From: Saprolegnia diclina VS20
Lineage: Eukaryota
Assembly (NCBI RefSeq): GCF_000281045.1
Contig: NW_008246077.1
Coordinates: 657,264 to 721,263 of the forward strand
DNA: 64,000 nt
Direction: 5' to 3'
Positions 11,205-23,004 of the stretch are shown piece after piece. Position 1 is the stretch's first letter, and every line of letters begins with the position of its first letter. The position numbers and the translations under genes were made by a program. A model generated the notes under the pieces. The model did no database searches, was not told where the DNA came from, and worked only from the letters and a program-made list of their open reading frames with translations.

Positions 11205-12081
11205 ATGGCGGCAAGACCGGCCCGGCCATGACGCCAGCGCCTGATGATGCTGTGGTCGTAGGACGCACCGAAGAAGGGCGTGGCCAACGTCACGCGGCGA
11301 ACGTGGGACAAGGCGTTCTTCGCGCAGAAGGCGGCGCTGCGTGCCAACGGCCTCCTCGAGGAAGAGACCAAGTCGACCAAGCAAGTCTCGGAGCGCGAAG
11401 AGTTCCAAGCCGCGCCGGATGGCGCCGCCGGCCCCATTGGCTCGTCGCGCGCGTTCCTCAAGGTACGCTTTGGCGCCGCAATGGGCAAGCAAAGATGCGA
11501 TTTTGGCGTAGGCGCGGACGAAGCAGGTCGAGCTGGAAGAGAACGTTGGGAAGACCGTCGTGCTCAAGGCCGACGAGACGATGAAGGGCACGGGCTACTA
11601 CTGCGAGGTGTGCGAGGTCACGCTCAAGGACTCGGTCTCGTACATTGACCACATCAACGGCAAGCGCCGTACGTAACCTACTATGGCCTCTCGACGAGAC
11701 GGGTCTCATGCCATGCGCAGATCTGCGGCGACTCGGCTTCTCGATGCGCGTCGAAAAGGTCGGTGTCGAGGCCGTCAAGGAGCGCCTCAACCTCGCGTCG
11801 AAGCGCAAGTGGGACCCCACCGTCGCCAAGAAGCCCGACGCGGTCGAAGGTACATAGCGTCGTCCGCCTGTAAACAGCAATCACGCATTGTGTATCTAGC
11901 CTACGAGAAGAAGCTGGCGGAAATGGACGCCGAAGCCAACCTCAAGAAGAAGCAAAAGAAGGAGGCGAAGAAGCAGCAAAAAGAAGAAGCGGCGCCACTC
12001 GACGTCTTTGCGACCGAAGACGAGGAAGCGATGATGGCCATGATGGGCTTTGGCGGCTTTCAGTCGACGAAAAAGAAGTAG
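11205..12081 (+). CDS. ZMAT2: Matrin-type zinc finger spliceosomal protein (Snu23)
   Basis: RRTWDK, GYYCEVCEVTLKDSVSYIDHINGKRH, LGFSMRVEK, and MMAMMGFGGF C-terminus. The start requires a GC-AG intron at 11211-11261. Confidence 0.9.
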
Positions 12082-12120
12082 TCGTTTACAGCTTGGACTA
12101 GACTAGTATGTACTTGCATC

Positions 12121-15100
12121 CTACACATCTTGACCAGTGGTCGTCTTTGCGACCCAGTACTCGCGGTTCCGGTGCAGATTGCCGATGCAGACGCTTAGAC
12201 CATCGAGGAAGTCGTGCATAATGCTCCAGAGCGGGAAGACGCACGAGTCAATGAACGCAATGTTCATGCGCGCGTGGTCGGGCGAGTGCGCTCTCGTGCT
12301 CATAAAGCCGCTTGGCGAGAGTCCGAGTGTCATCTCTTCTTCATACTGTTCGTTGAACTCGACCATGAGCGCTTCGGTCCACAGTGTATGCACAGACGTC
12401 GAGAGCGTCGGGTTGGCAATGTCGGCGCTGTGTACGATTGCATTCAGAAGCAGTTCCTTGTCGGCCTCGGCGTCGTGCTGGAAGACGCCGTGCTTGAAGC
12501 GCTCGTGGAGCATCTTGACCATGTTGCTGTGAAAGTGCATGTCGGTCGCCAAGATGATGCGGATGATGCTCTTCCGCACGTAAATGTAGTCGGGGCTCGT
12601 CAAATGCTCGAGGATGTTGTGGCCCGGTCGCCGCAGCGTGTCAAAGCAGTGGGCCGCGTGCATGTTTTCGAGCACGCTCTGGTCGTTGTACAGCATTGCA
12701 GTCGACGTCTTGGCCTTGATGTGGAACTCGTTCGTGCGGCCATTGTGGTTCATGTCGTGGCAAACTGCCCCGATGAAGAGCGCGAGCACGTCCCGCACAT
12801 TCAAAAGCGATGCATTCGCGGTCTTCTTCGAGGTCGCTTGCGCATAGACGACAAGGAACGTCATGTGCAGCGTCGTGAACGCGTGGATAAAGTTGTGGTA
12901 CGCCACACTCCGGTACTGGTCCCGCACCGAGAGCATGAAGCGCTGGAACGTCTTGATCGGCATTTGATACTGGTCGAGGAGGTGGAACCCGTCAAACATC
13001 GACTGTGCGTGCACTACGAGCAGCTCGCGGGGTAGGGTAAAAGGGTTTAACCCCCAATCAACAACGTCTTGGAGCTTGTCGAGATTCGGCAACGCGCTGA
13101 TGGAGGCGGTCGGTGCGGACGCGGTCGTCGTTGTTGTCTCTTGCAGCGGAGGCGATGCCGGGTGGTGCGTACTTGGCGTCGGACGGTGCACGTCGGTGAA
13201 TTGAGCGAGAAAGTCTGATGTGACTTTTTGAAGCTCCGTCTCTGGGTGCTCTTCGTCGTGGAAGAGGAGCTCGAGCGACCGGCGCTCAATGACCTACATG
13301 ACAAACGCATATGCATACAGTGGCGTCGTCGTGACAAGGGCACCGAGGAGATCTCGACGCACACAGCCTTCATGAGCGCCACGTCGTCGCTCACAAAGCT
13401 CGGCGCAAGGCGCTTGTTGATGACTTGAAGGACTGCAATGATCTTCTCGCGCGAGACGACGGGCACGCAGAGAAGCGACCGCGTCGTGACGCCGAGGAGC
13501 GCGTCCATGGACGCATCAAACTTGGGGTGCGGCGTGGCTTCCGAGAGAATGACGGGCACGCCGGTCGCGGCCACTTCGCCAGGAATGCCTTGGTCCATGC
13601 TGAGAACGCAACCCTTTGTTTTCTCGCTGCCGCGACTCGTGAGCGTATTTTCAATGTGGTTGACGAGGAAGAGCATGGCATGCTCTGCGTCCAGAACCTA
13701 TGATCCCAGAGAAGTTGTGGGACGAAGGAGCGACACAAGAGGACATAGGAACCTCGCACGTGGCCGTGATGACTTCTTCAAACACCGAGCTCACGTCCGT
13801 GCACGACGAGACGACGTGCAGCATCTTGATGAGCGCGTCGCTGCGACGGACGGCGGCGCGCGCGGAAATCGCATTGTTGAAAGCAATCGCCAAGTAGTAG
13901 GCGATGCCAATCGCCAGCGCTTCGTCCTCTTGGTCAAAGTAATTTTTCGGTGCCTCAGCGCTCTTTCCGACCATCTCGACGACCCCCAAGACAAAGCCCG
14001 TCGCGTCTTTAATAGGCACAAGCAAAAGCGCCCGCACGTCCGAGTACTCGGCGCGCCACGCCAGCGTCCAGCGCGTGTCACTTGGGACGTCGTGGCTGTT
14101 GCAGACATCGCCAGTTGCCACCGTATGCCCGAGAAGCCCTAATCAACGCCCGTTAGCAGTCCACGTTGCATTTGTAAGAAACACAACCGTCGTGCATCGG
14201 GCGGCGGCGCCGGTCGCCGTCGCAGAGCACGAGCTCGTGCTTCTCGCGGTCGGTGACATAGATGCGAATGTTTGCGGCGCCCATGGGCCGCTGGACGGTC
14301 GCTAAAATCGCGCGCACAATGACCTTGATGTCCGACTCTTGAAAGAGGATCGTCGAGAGGTCGAGGAGCGTCTGCGCCTTCACCTGCGCCTTGGAAATCG
14401 ACGCGCGCAGGTCGGCGTTGTAGATCTCGACGCCCAAGTGCGTGCAGATCGCGCTGCAAATCGCGTGGTCGACCGACGTAAAGCTCGGCTCGTGGCGGCG
14501 GTTGAGGAGCTGGAGCACGCCGTTGACGCGGCCGTCGGGCCCAATGATAGGTGTGCACAGCACCGTCGAGATCGCAAGCCCAGACGTGTTGTCGGTGCCG
14601 ATGCTCCAGCGCGGGTCGGTGCTTGCGTCCGTGAGATGCATGGCTTTTCCCGATTCAGCGACAGCACCGACGATACCGTCGCCGACGCGGATGCTCATGG
14701 ACGGCTGGTTGCGGAAGACGCGCGAGAAGAGCGAGTTGGACGGCACGTCGAGCGCGTAGACACGGCAGTGGTCGATCGCCATCATGCGGTGGAGGAGCCC
14801 GACGGCGCGCTGCAGCACGGCGTCAGATGAGATATCGCTTGGCGTCGCCAGGGCCGCGAGAGATGCGGTCGACGGAAACGACGTGCGGCGCTGAGCGGGC
14901 TCGAACGAAATGTTGAGCGACGTGACGATTTGAGCCACAAAGCGGCTGAAGACCGTCAAGTCGTTGGGCTCGTCGATCGCACTCTGGAGCGAGTCGACAT
15001 AGTCCTGGATCGTCTGAATACCTTTGCGATAGTTGAAGATCTCGGCGACTGCGACAACGCGGGATCCATTTTGCAGCGGCATGCACAAGTACGACTAGCG

Positions 15101-15931
15101 ACAATGTATAAATGAGAAAAGAGGACAGTTGCGAGTCGACATGCAATGTGTGTTACCCGAACGTCGAGGCCGTCGAGCCCGTCCTTTTCGTCGATAAAGA
15201 GGTCCGACGTCACGGCCGTCGGCACGTGCATCGGGATGCCTTGCTCGAACGCGCGGTGAAGGAGACCATTTTGAATGCGCGTTGACGGGTACACGCTCTG
15301 GCCGTCAAATTCGAGGACACCGCGCGTCGTGGCAATGTACATGTAGCAGTTTTCCGCGTCCATAAACGACACGAATTGTTCCTACAGCGCCTCATGAGCT
15401 CCAAATACTGTGCAAAAAGGTCCGACCCGGATCTTGAGGAGGACATCGATAAAGTCGTCTTGGCTTGTGAAGAGCGAGTCCATGAGCGACTGCTGCGCCT
15501 TGCAGAACTTGCGGTGGTTGTTTTCGCCCACGGTCTTGCGCAGCCTAATGTATTTGGAACGTATGACGACGCGGGATGCGAGATCGATGTACCAGCGCGA
15601 GAGCAAGACGTGCCCCTGGATCATTTTCCAGCGACGGCGGGCGACGAGCCGCGCGTCATTGGTGTTTTTGGTCTTCTTGAGAACCGCGTGGTCGAGCTCG
15701 GCCGGAGGGCGCTTCCGCGCCGAGTCGGGCATTTGAAAGACCTTGGCGCTCATGCAGCAGCCGCGCGCCTTTCTAAGATTTGACAAACGGTTTGCTATCA
15801 ATACACGACCGCACGGTTTCACGCGAAACCCCTGCAGCGTGGCCATCCGATCACGAAGCGTCTTTTTCTCGCACTCGATTGCCCGCGCCTTCAGTTTGAT
15901 CTCGTCCTGGACAAGGTGGAGGACGCAGGGC
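12121..15931 (-). CDS. Class I cyclic nucleotide phosphodiesterase with about four GAF domains (5' end uncertain, may extend towards ~16.6 kb)
   Basis: YHNFIHA, HDMNHNGRTN, LENMH, ATDM and HSADIANP catalytic motifs. Repeated GAF signatures (GIVGAVAESG, LCVPV, LQVINK). Confidence 0.9.
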
Positions 15932-16666
15932 TATGGACACTTGGCCATAAATGACATTATGTTGGAGATCGCATGCATATTTGCACGGTGTAGCTGACAT
16001 TGTCCTTTGTGCGAGTTGACTTTGCATACTCGAGACTGGCAACTGATGCATGCGGATACTTCGAGTGAAAACTGAGCTGCAGAGGAGGCCGCAGCGATGA
16101 TCCCGTCCCAGCTCCCATCCAGCTTCGTTGAAAAGCTCAACCACACGATGCAATCCGAGGTTGCTTGCTATCGTCCACCCTGCTACTGTGACGAGCACTT
16201 GCCGGTGTAGGTGGAAAAGGCTCTTGTCAGCAACAAGATCGATGACTCAACGTCTAGTACATGTTGTAAGTCACGGCGTCGTCTTCAACCGAGTTGGTGA
16301 GCTTTCGCTGCTTGATCCGTGTTCCAACACGCCCATCAACACCCTATCTACCGACGAGCGTTCTCGAAGCCGATGAACACGCGTTGAACAGTAGGTAGTG
16401 ATAGATCGCAACAGGCTTTGACCAGACAGCAGCACGCCGCAGAGCATTCAGATACCATAGACGCGTTGCCTTGTCGTACTAGCCGGCGGTGGCAGCCGCC
16501 CTCGCACAAGCAATACCGGAGCGCTAGTCGCAGCGTGACCAGCCTACCGTCATGGCCAGATATATGTGCGTGTAAGAGTCGCTCGTATCTCATCGTCGCA
16601 GGGCGTTTCATGGACGCCTTTTCGCATTCAAGATAACGGTCACGTCAGATAGAGCAGAGGCGGGCG

Positions 16667-19600
16667 ATGGAGGCAACCACCGACGCCAAGCTGGTGCTGC
16701 CGCCAGGTACGAGCTGCTGGGTGCGTCGTGATCACACGACCGAGTCTTAGTCTCGGAGAAGTGCGTCGAGAAGGGGCCGTCGCCAGCCAAGCCAAACGAC
16801 GCCGCCAAGACCCCGCGCTCTAGCAATGCCGCTAAGATTGAAACGACACGCTTGAGCGCGACGAGCTTGGAAAAGGCGAGCGAGATCAGCCCCGCGCGCC
16901 CTGCCGGCCATTTGCCCGAGACTAGCCCACCGCGTCGGATATCTGTCACGCGCGCCGACATGCGCCGGAGCTCGATACTTCCGCGCAGCGACGATGCGAA
17001 CGCGGTTCGACCAAGCTCCCCCAGCCCACCCAAGGGCGCAAGCTCAAGCAGCCCCATCGCAAGCTCCAGTCAACTCCAGCGGATGCCGTCCGGGCGTGGC
17101 ATCGTCGCAGAGAAGAGTCCGGTGAAGGATCTGAGTCCGAAGCGCAAGCCACCAACGCATTTGCACCACTTGGAGCCGACGGTGCGTACTTCCGAGTGGA
17201 GTGGACGCTAATGCTGTGCGTATCAGGGAGATGCCTCGCAACGAAAGACGGCGCTGGCGCCTTGGAGCCGTCCGCGAAACGCAAGAGCGCGCGCAACTTA
17301 GTGCGAACGTCAATGACCAAGACCGACAGTGGAGGTGGCAACGAGAGCCACACGCTCGGCCACTTGAGTCCACTCACGTCGGTGCCACCGCTGCACTTGT
17401 ACGTCATTGCTTTGTCTTGTGACGGAGCGATAACACCGGACGCGTGTAGGCATGACCGCATGGGAGCGTCGCCGTCACGACACAAACTCGAGCTCCAGCA
17501 GCGCCTCACCGACATTGAGCACTGCCAGCTGCCCATCATTCCCTCGACACGTACGTCTCTTTTGAAATGCGCTCGGTTGAGCGGAAGCATGTAGCCGAGT
17601 CGGGCGCCTTTGACGAGAAGCGACTCTCGGAGATGAGTCAGAGCGAGTACGCCGAGTTCTGTGCGTCATTAGGCTTGCCCGACCTCCGACGCCACCACGC
17701 CAAGCTCTTCAAGCTCGTGCGGCAGTACCAGACGCTTTTCTCGGTGGCGAGCTCGATTTCCGTCGAGATTGACTCGGGCGAAGCGCTCTCGCGCATCATT
17801 GAAGGCACATACGAAGTGCTCGAAGTCGACCACGTCGCGCTCTACCTCATCAACCACAAAAAAGAGACCTTGCACATGTGCGTCTCGCGGTCGTCGCGGA
17901 GCACCGAGTACCCGCTCAACAAAGGTATGTCATGCAGCGTCCACCACCATCACCCCATTGGCTGCGTAGGGGTGCTAGGTCACGTGGCCAAATTCGCAGA
18001 GTCCGTCATCATCCAAGACGTCGAGAACGACGCGCGGTGTGACCAGGACACGGACAAGTACCTCGTCGATGGAAGCCTCTTGCGCAACCTGCTCTGCGTG
18101 CCGATACTGGACCCTTCCAAAGTGCCTGTCGCCGTCCTTCGCTGCGCCAACAAGGCGACGGACTTTACGCGAAGCGACTGCATGAGCCTCGAGCTCATCG
18201 CGTCGATCGCCGGCCACACGCTGCACAAGCTCGAGCTCTACGAAGTCGCCATGCTCGCGGGGCGAAAAGCATCGGCGATGCTCGAGGTTGTGCGTGCGAT
18301 CGCGACCGAGTGTACACTACAATTGCCCATCTTTACATAACATTATATCTCATCCTCCGACATCGTAGGCAATGACCTCAATGGCATGATCCACAAAATC
18401 ATCGACGTGGCGAAAACAGCGTTGCACTGCGACAAGCTCTCGCTCTTCCTTTGCCACCGCGAGAAGCGCGAGCTTGTGTGCTGCGTGTCATACGACCCGG
18501 TGCTTCGGCGCATGGTCATCCCGTACGGGGTTGGGATTGCTGGCTATGTGGCGGGCACGGTAGTTAGCCCACGCGATTTGGCTCGGTGACGCAAAATGGG
18601 GTGTAGGGACAAGTGCTGCGCATCGACAATTGCTACGACGACCCGCGCTTCAACGCCGCGACGGACCGCAAGATGGACTACAAGACCATCTCGGCGCTCT
18701 GTGCGCCCGTCATCACCCACGATAATGACATGGTCGCCGTCATCCAAGCCATCAACAAACTCACAGTGCCGTCCACCGAGCACCCGCCGGCCTTGGACAC
18801 GATCATTCCATTTCAAGACGCCGACGTGCAGATGCTCACGGCGTTCTGCGACGGTACGATTGACACATATCAAACGCAATCTCAATTTGAATGTAGAAAT
18901 TGCGTCGTCGCTGCGACGGTCGGCGCTCGAGACTGCGTACCACCAAGTGCTCCAGGGCGTCAACCACATGAAGCGACGCGACTCGCTCACACTCGTGGTT
19001 TCGTCTCTCCTCTCTTCGTACTCGCAACCAGCCGCCCCCGCGCGACCGTCCAAGCGCTACTGGTACATCTACGCGTTTCGCGCCGTCGGCAAGTTCATGC
19101 GGCGCCTCAAGCAACACCGCGGCGTGCAGACGTGGATCGGGAACGACCAAGCGCCGGCGCTCCTGCTAAAGTGCACGCTACGGGCCCATTGGAGCAGCGC
19201 GCAAGTCGCGTTCGATGATTTTTCCTTTAACATTTTTACGTGCCCTTCCGACCAGCTGCGACACCTCTGCGTACGCGATTTATGAACTATGCGACATTCT
19301 TGTATATCGAAATATGCTTAGGTCGAGGCCTTTCGAGAAATCGGGCTGTTCGAGACCTTTTCCGTGCCGGCGGAGGTCGGCCTTGCGTTTGTGACGCGCG
19401 TCCAAGAGGAGTATCTCGACAACCCGTACCACTCGTGGTGGCACGGCGTCGACGTCTTCCAGCGCTGCTTTGCGCTACTGAGTCGCACGTCACTTTTGTC
19501 GCTGTTGCAGGTATTTTTGATATTCTGATGTTTTCGTCGAGGCGGTGGTCGATACATTGATACAAATTACGTAGCCCATGCATGTGTTTGCTCTCTTGCT

Positions 19601-20524
19601 CTCGGCGCTCACGCACGATGTGGGCCACCCGGGCACGGACAATGGCTTTGAGGCGGCGACCTTGTCACCGCTCGCGGTTCTCTACAACGACACGTCGGTG
19701 CTGGAGCAGCACCACGCCGCCGAGACCTTTCGCATCCTTGGCGACGCCTCGTGCAACATTGCCGTTGGCTTGTGCCGTGTCGCCTTCCAGTCGTTGCGCA
19801 AGCTCGTCATTGACGCGATCCTGCAAACCGACATGAAGTCCCACTTTGATCTTGTCCATGCGCTTGAAGACGCGGTAGACAGTTCTTATTGTCCACTATT
19901 GCACCCGAGTCGTGTTTGTAGCACAACCGCGAGCTCAAGCAAATGCCGGCCTTTGATAGTGACGATGCGACGCACATCAAGCACCTTCTCGGAAGTGTCT
20001 TGCACGCCGCCGACATTGGCGCGCAAGTGTACCCGGTTGACGTCGCGTGGGAGTGGTACATTTACTAGATGGAAATATTGCAAAAGAAGCGAGTGGCATG
20101 GCATAGGTCGCGCCGGCTCGTGGAAGAGTTTGCGCTATTGGCGGCGAAAGAGCGCAGTGCGGGCATCCCCGTTGCCGTCTTCCGCGCGCATTTGGAAACA
20201 GACAAGGACATTGCGACGTTGCAGCTCAACTTTATCAACTACATTGTCACGCCGCTCTGGACGCTGCTCATGGAGCTCTTCCCCGCCGCCAAGGTGCTCA
20301 AGACGAACCTCGACTGCAATCGCATGTACTTTCAGCACGACATCGCCGACACGTCAGACGGTCACGGCAAGCGCCGATCACTCTGCGTGACGCCAACGCT
20401 GTCCCTTGTTCCGAGCCATCGCCTCGCCAAGCGGAGCGCCACGACGCACTTTACCGAGCAAGCCTGCCACGTCATCACCGAGACGCTAATACAGCCGTCC
20501 AAGTCCGACTACAAGCGCAATTAA
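16667..20524 (+). CDS. Class I cyclic nucleotide phosphodiesterase with two GAF domains and a disordered N-terminus
   Basis: Spliced NPYHSWWHG, HDVGHPGTDN, LEQHHAA, QTDM, HAADI and LQLNFINYIVTPLW. GAF motifs GVGIAGYVA, DPRFN and LCAPV...QAINK. The first exon MEATTDAK splices in frame. Confidence 0.9.
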
Positions 20525-21740
20525 TCGACAATAGACACCGTCTCTGAACTCGACTGACCCGACTGTAAAGGCGACGTGACCATATTTTACCAAATGTACT
20601 TGCGTACGAGGACTCTAGAAAAAATTCGCAACGTCAGACATGTTGCATCGCACCGAGATGCACGCGTGGGCCTGCATCCTGAGCCTCGTACGGGCTCTCC
20701 GATCCCAGTACTCACCGCTGACGAGGTGTCGTAGACTGGGTTTTGCCTCGTCTCGAATGCGTGGGTCGACACCAACGCGCGAGATCGCTTGGTGGCGGGG
20801 ACAGCGCCGGCGCTCGCGACGTTTGCGTTGGCTCTTCTGCGCGTCACGGGGCGCTGCTATAACGGTGTGACACACGTACGTCTCTCTTGGCGATTGCGAT
20901 GGACGTACGCGCTTGTGTAGTTTGCTTTGGCCTATCCCATCGCGCTCTCTCAGCTTCTTTCGCTCCTGCAGTCGTCGTACCGCTTCGCGCTCGTCGGTTG
21001 CTGCTGTGATGCAGCTGCGTGGTATCACTCTTTGTCATGTGCTACTCGTCGATACCGACGTTGTGCTAGTCGCTTGGACCCGGCGCTCTTTGCACCGTCT
21101 CAGTGCGGTGCCGCGTGCTCGCTGTACATTTGAATGAATTAGCTCGTCGCTAACCCAGAATATCTCTAGACACGGCGTCCGATTACAGCATTTTGTCGGC
21201 TCGCTCTTCTCGTCCAGCGCGCTCGTGCGTCCAGAGAAATGGGTTTCATCGTTGATACGATCGTGTAGGCACTGCTGCAATGGCTCGAAGACACTCGCGA
21301 CCACCAACCTACGGCGTTCGTCGTTCAGTATAACCCGAGCGAGATGCGGGTTCACGTCACCGACGCAGTACGCGGCACGCACGACTGATATATATCACTG
21401 GTGCTGAGACTGTCCATACATGTATGTAAACTCCAAGGCGCATTGGAGCACGACACATTCTATGTGTTAAGAATATAGGTCGACCAGATCGTCAGGTTGA
21501 TGCAATATGGTCGTGACGTGGCATGGCTGTGGTGCTGAGGCCGATACGACTTGTTAGGCGAATTCGAGCGAGGTGTGTGCACGGCATACAAATCACGAGT
21601 CAAAACGATGGTTGCCAGAGTAATAGCCAATCACATCGCTCGCTTTCCCGAAACCGTCGCCGAATTCGCACCACTGGGTCCGTTGCGAATGCATTGTATT
21701 TCATACAAAGCGCAAGACAAGATAAAAACGCAGAATTCCA

Positions 21741-21781
21741 GGATTCTCAATTCTGGATTCTCAATTCTGGATTCTCAATTC
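21741..21781. repeat. Three tandem 14-bp units GGATTCTCAATTCT
   Basis: Seen directly, ~60 bp upstream of the ATG at 21838. Confidence 0.85.
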
Positions 21782-21837
21782 GCAATGCCAAGGCAACAAC
21801 AGGGTACCAAGATTTCGCAACGAGCCGGCCTCGCATC

Positions 21838-22770
21838 ATGCTCTGCCTCCTTGCCGTGTCCCTCGTCTCCGCCGCCATCAGCGCCGCCGACGTCTACATG
21901 ACCCTGCGCGCCCAGCGAGCCGCCACTGCCAGCGCACGCGTCGAGGAAGCGCCGGCGACCGACGTCGCCGCAAACGACAGCGACCTCGACGACGGCGCCA
22001 CGAAGCTTGTGCACAAGTCGGCGCCCATGGACATCCCGACGCCTACATCGACGCTGGACATGACGGGCAACTACGACTCGGACGACNNNNNNNNNNNNNN
22101 NNNNNNNNNNNNNNNNNNNNNNNNNNNNNNNNNNNNNNNNNNNNNNNNNNNNNNNNNNNNNNNNNNNNNNNNNNNNNNNNNNNNNNNNNNNNNNNNNNNN
22201 NNNNNNNNNNNNNNNNNNNNNNNNNNNNNNNNNNNNNNNNNNNNNNNNNNNNNNNNNNNNNNNNNNNNNNNNNNNNNNNNNNNNNNNNNNNNNNNNNNNN
22301 NNNNNNNNNNNNNNNNNNNNNNNNNNNNNNNNNNNNNNNNNNNNNNNNNNNNNNNNNNNNNNNNNNNNNNNNNNNNNNNNNNNNNNNNNNNNNNNNNNNN
22401 NNNNNNNNNNNNNNNNNNNNNNNNNNNNNNNNNNNNNNNNNNNNNNNNNNNNNNNNNNNNNNNNNNNNNNNNNNNNNNNNNNNNNNNNNNNNNNNNNNNN
22501 NNNNNNNNNNNNNNNNNNNNNNNNNNNNNNNNNNNNNNNNNNNNNNNNNNNNNNNNNNNNNNCGAGCTCCTCGACGGTCTCGAGACGCTCTCGGGCCGCG
22601 TCGCCGAGGGTCCAGCCAACGTCGCCTCGAGCCTCGACTGCGTGCGCAAGACGCTGGAGATGCTCCGGCACTTTGAAGCCGACCTCACGACGCACGACCT
22701 CATCACGCTGCACAAGGTCGACCTCGCGATCGACGCGCTCGCCAGCGACGCCGCAGACCTCTGCCAATAA
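21838..22770 (+). CDS. Hypothetical protein with hydrophobic N-terminus, spanning an assembly gap
   Basis: Coding-like codon usage on both sides of the gap (MLCLLAVSLVSAAISAAD... and ...ELLDGLETL...DLCQ*). Confidence 0.6.
   Translation: MLCLLAVSLVSAAISAADVYMTLRAQRAATASARVEEAPATDVAANDSDLDDGATKLVHKSAPMDIPTPTSTLDMTGNYDSDDXXXXXXXXXXXXXXXXXXXXXXXXXXXXXXXXXXXXXXXXXXXXXXXXXXXXXXXXXXXXXXXXXXXXXXXXXXXXXXXXXXXXXXXXXXXXXXXXXXXXXXXXXXXXXXXXXXXXXXXXXXXXXXXXXXXXXXXXXXXXXXXXXXXXXXXXXXXXXXXELLDGLETLSGRVAEGPANVASSLDCVRKTLEMLRHFEADLTTHDLITLHKVDLAIDALASDAADLCQ
22087..22562. other. Assembly gap
   Basis: Run of N. Confidence 1.
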
Positions 22771-23004
22771 GCTTTTGGGTCATATTTAAGTTTTGCATTT
22801 TCTCAATTGATTGTAATGTTTTATCTTGTCGTTCAGGGGGAAGACATCCATCTTGAACGCTATCGTTGGCTCTCCGACGAACGACGAATTGGTGTACACC
22901 AACGTTGAATGGAGACCTTCGAGACCTTTTACACATACCAGCTTAAAGTATCAAACTATCAAGGAGCAAGACGCGTGAACGGGTAAAGCGCGGAAGCGTC
23001 TTAG

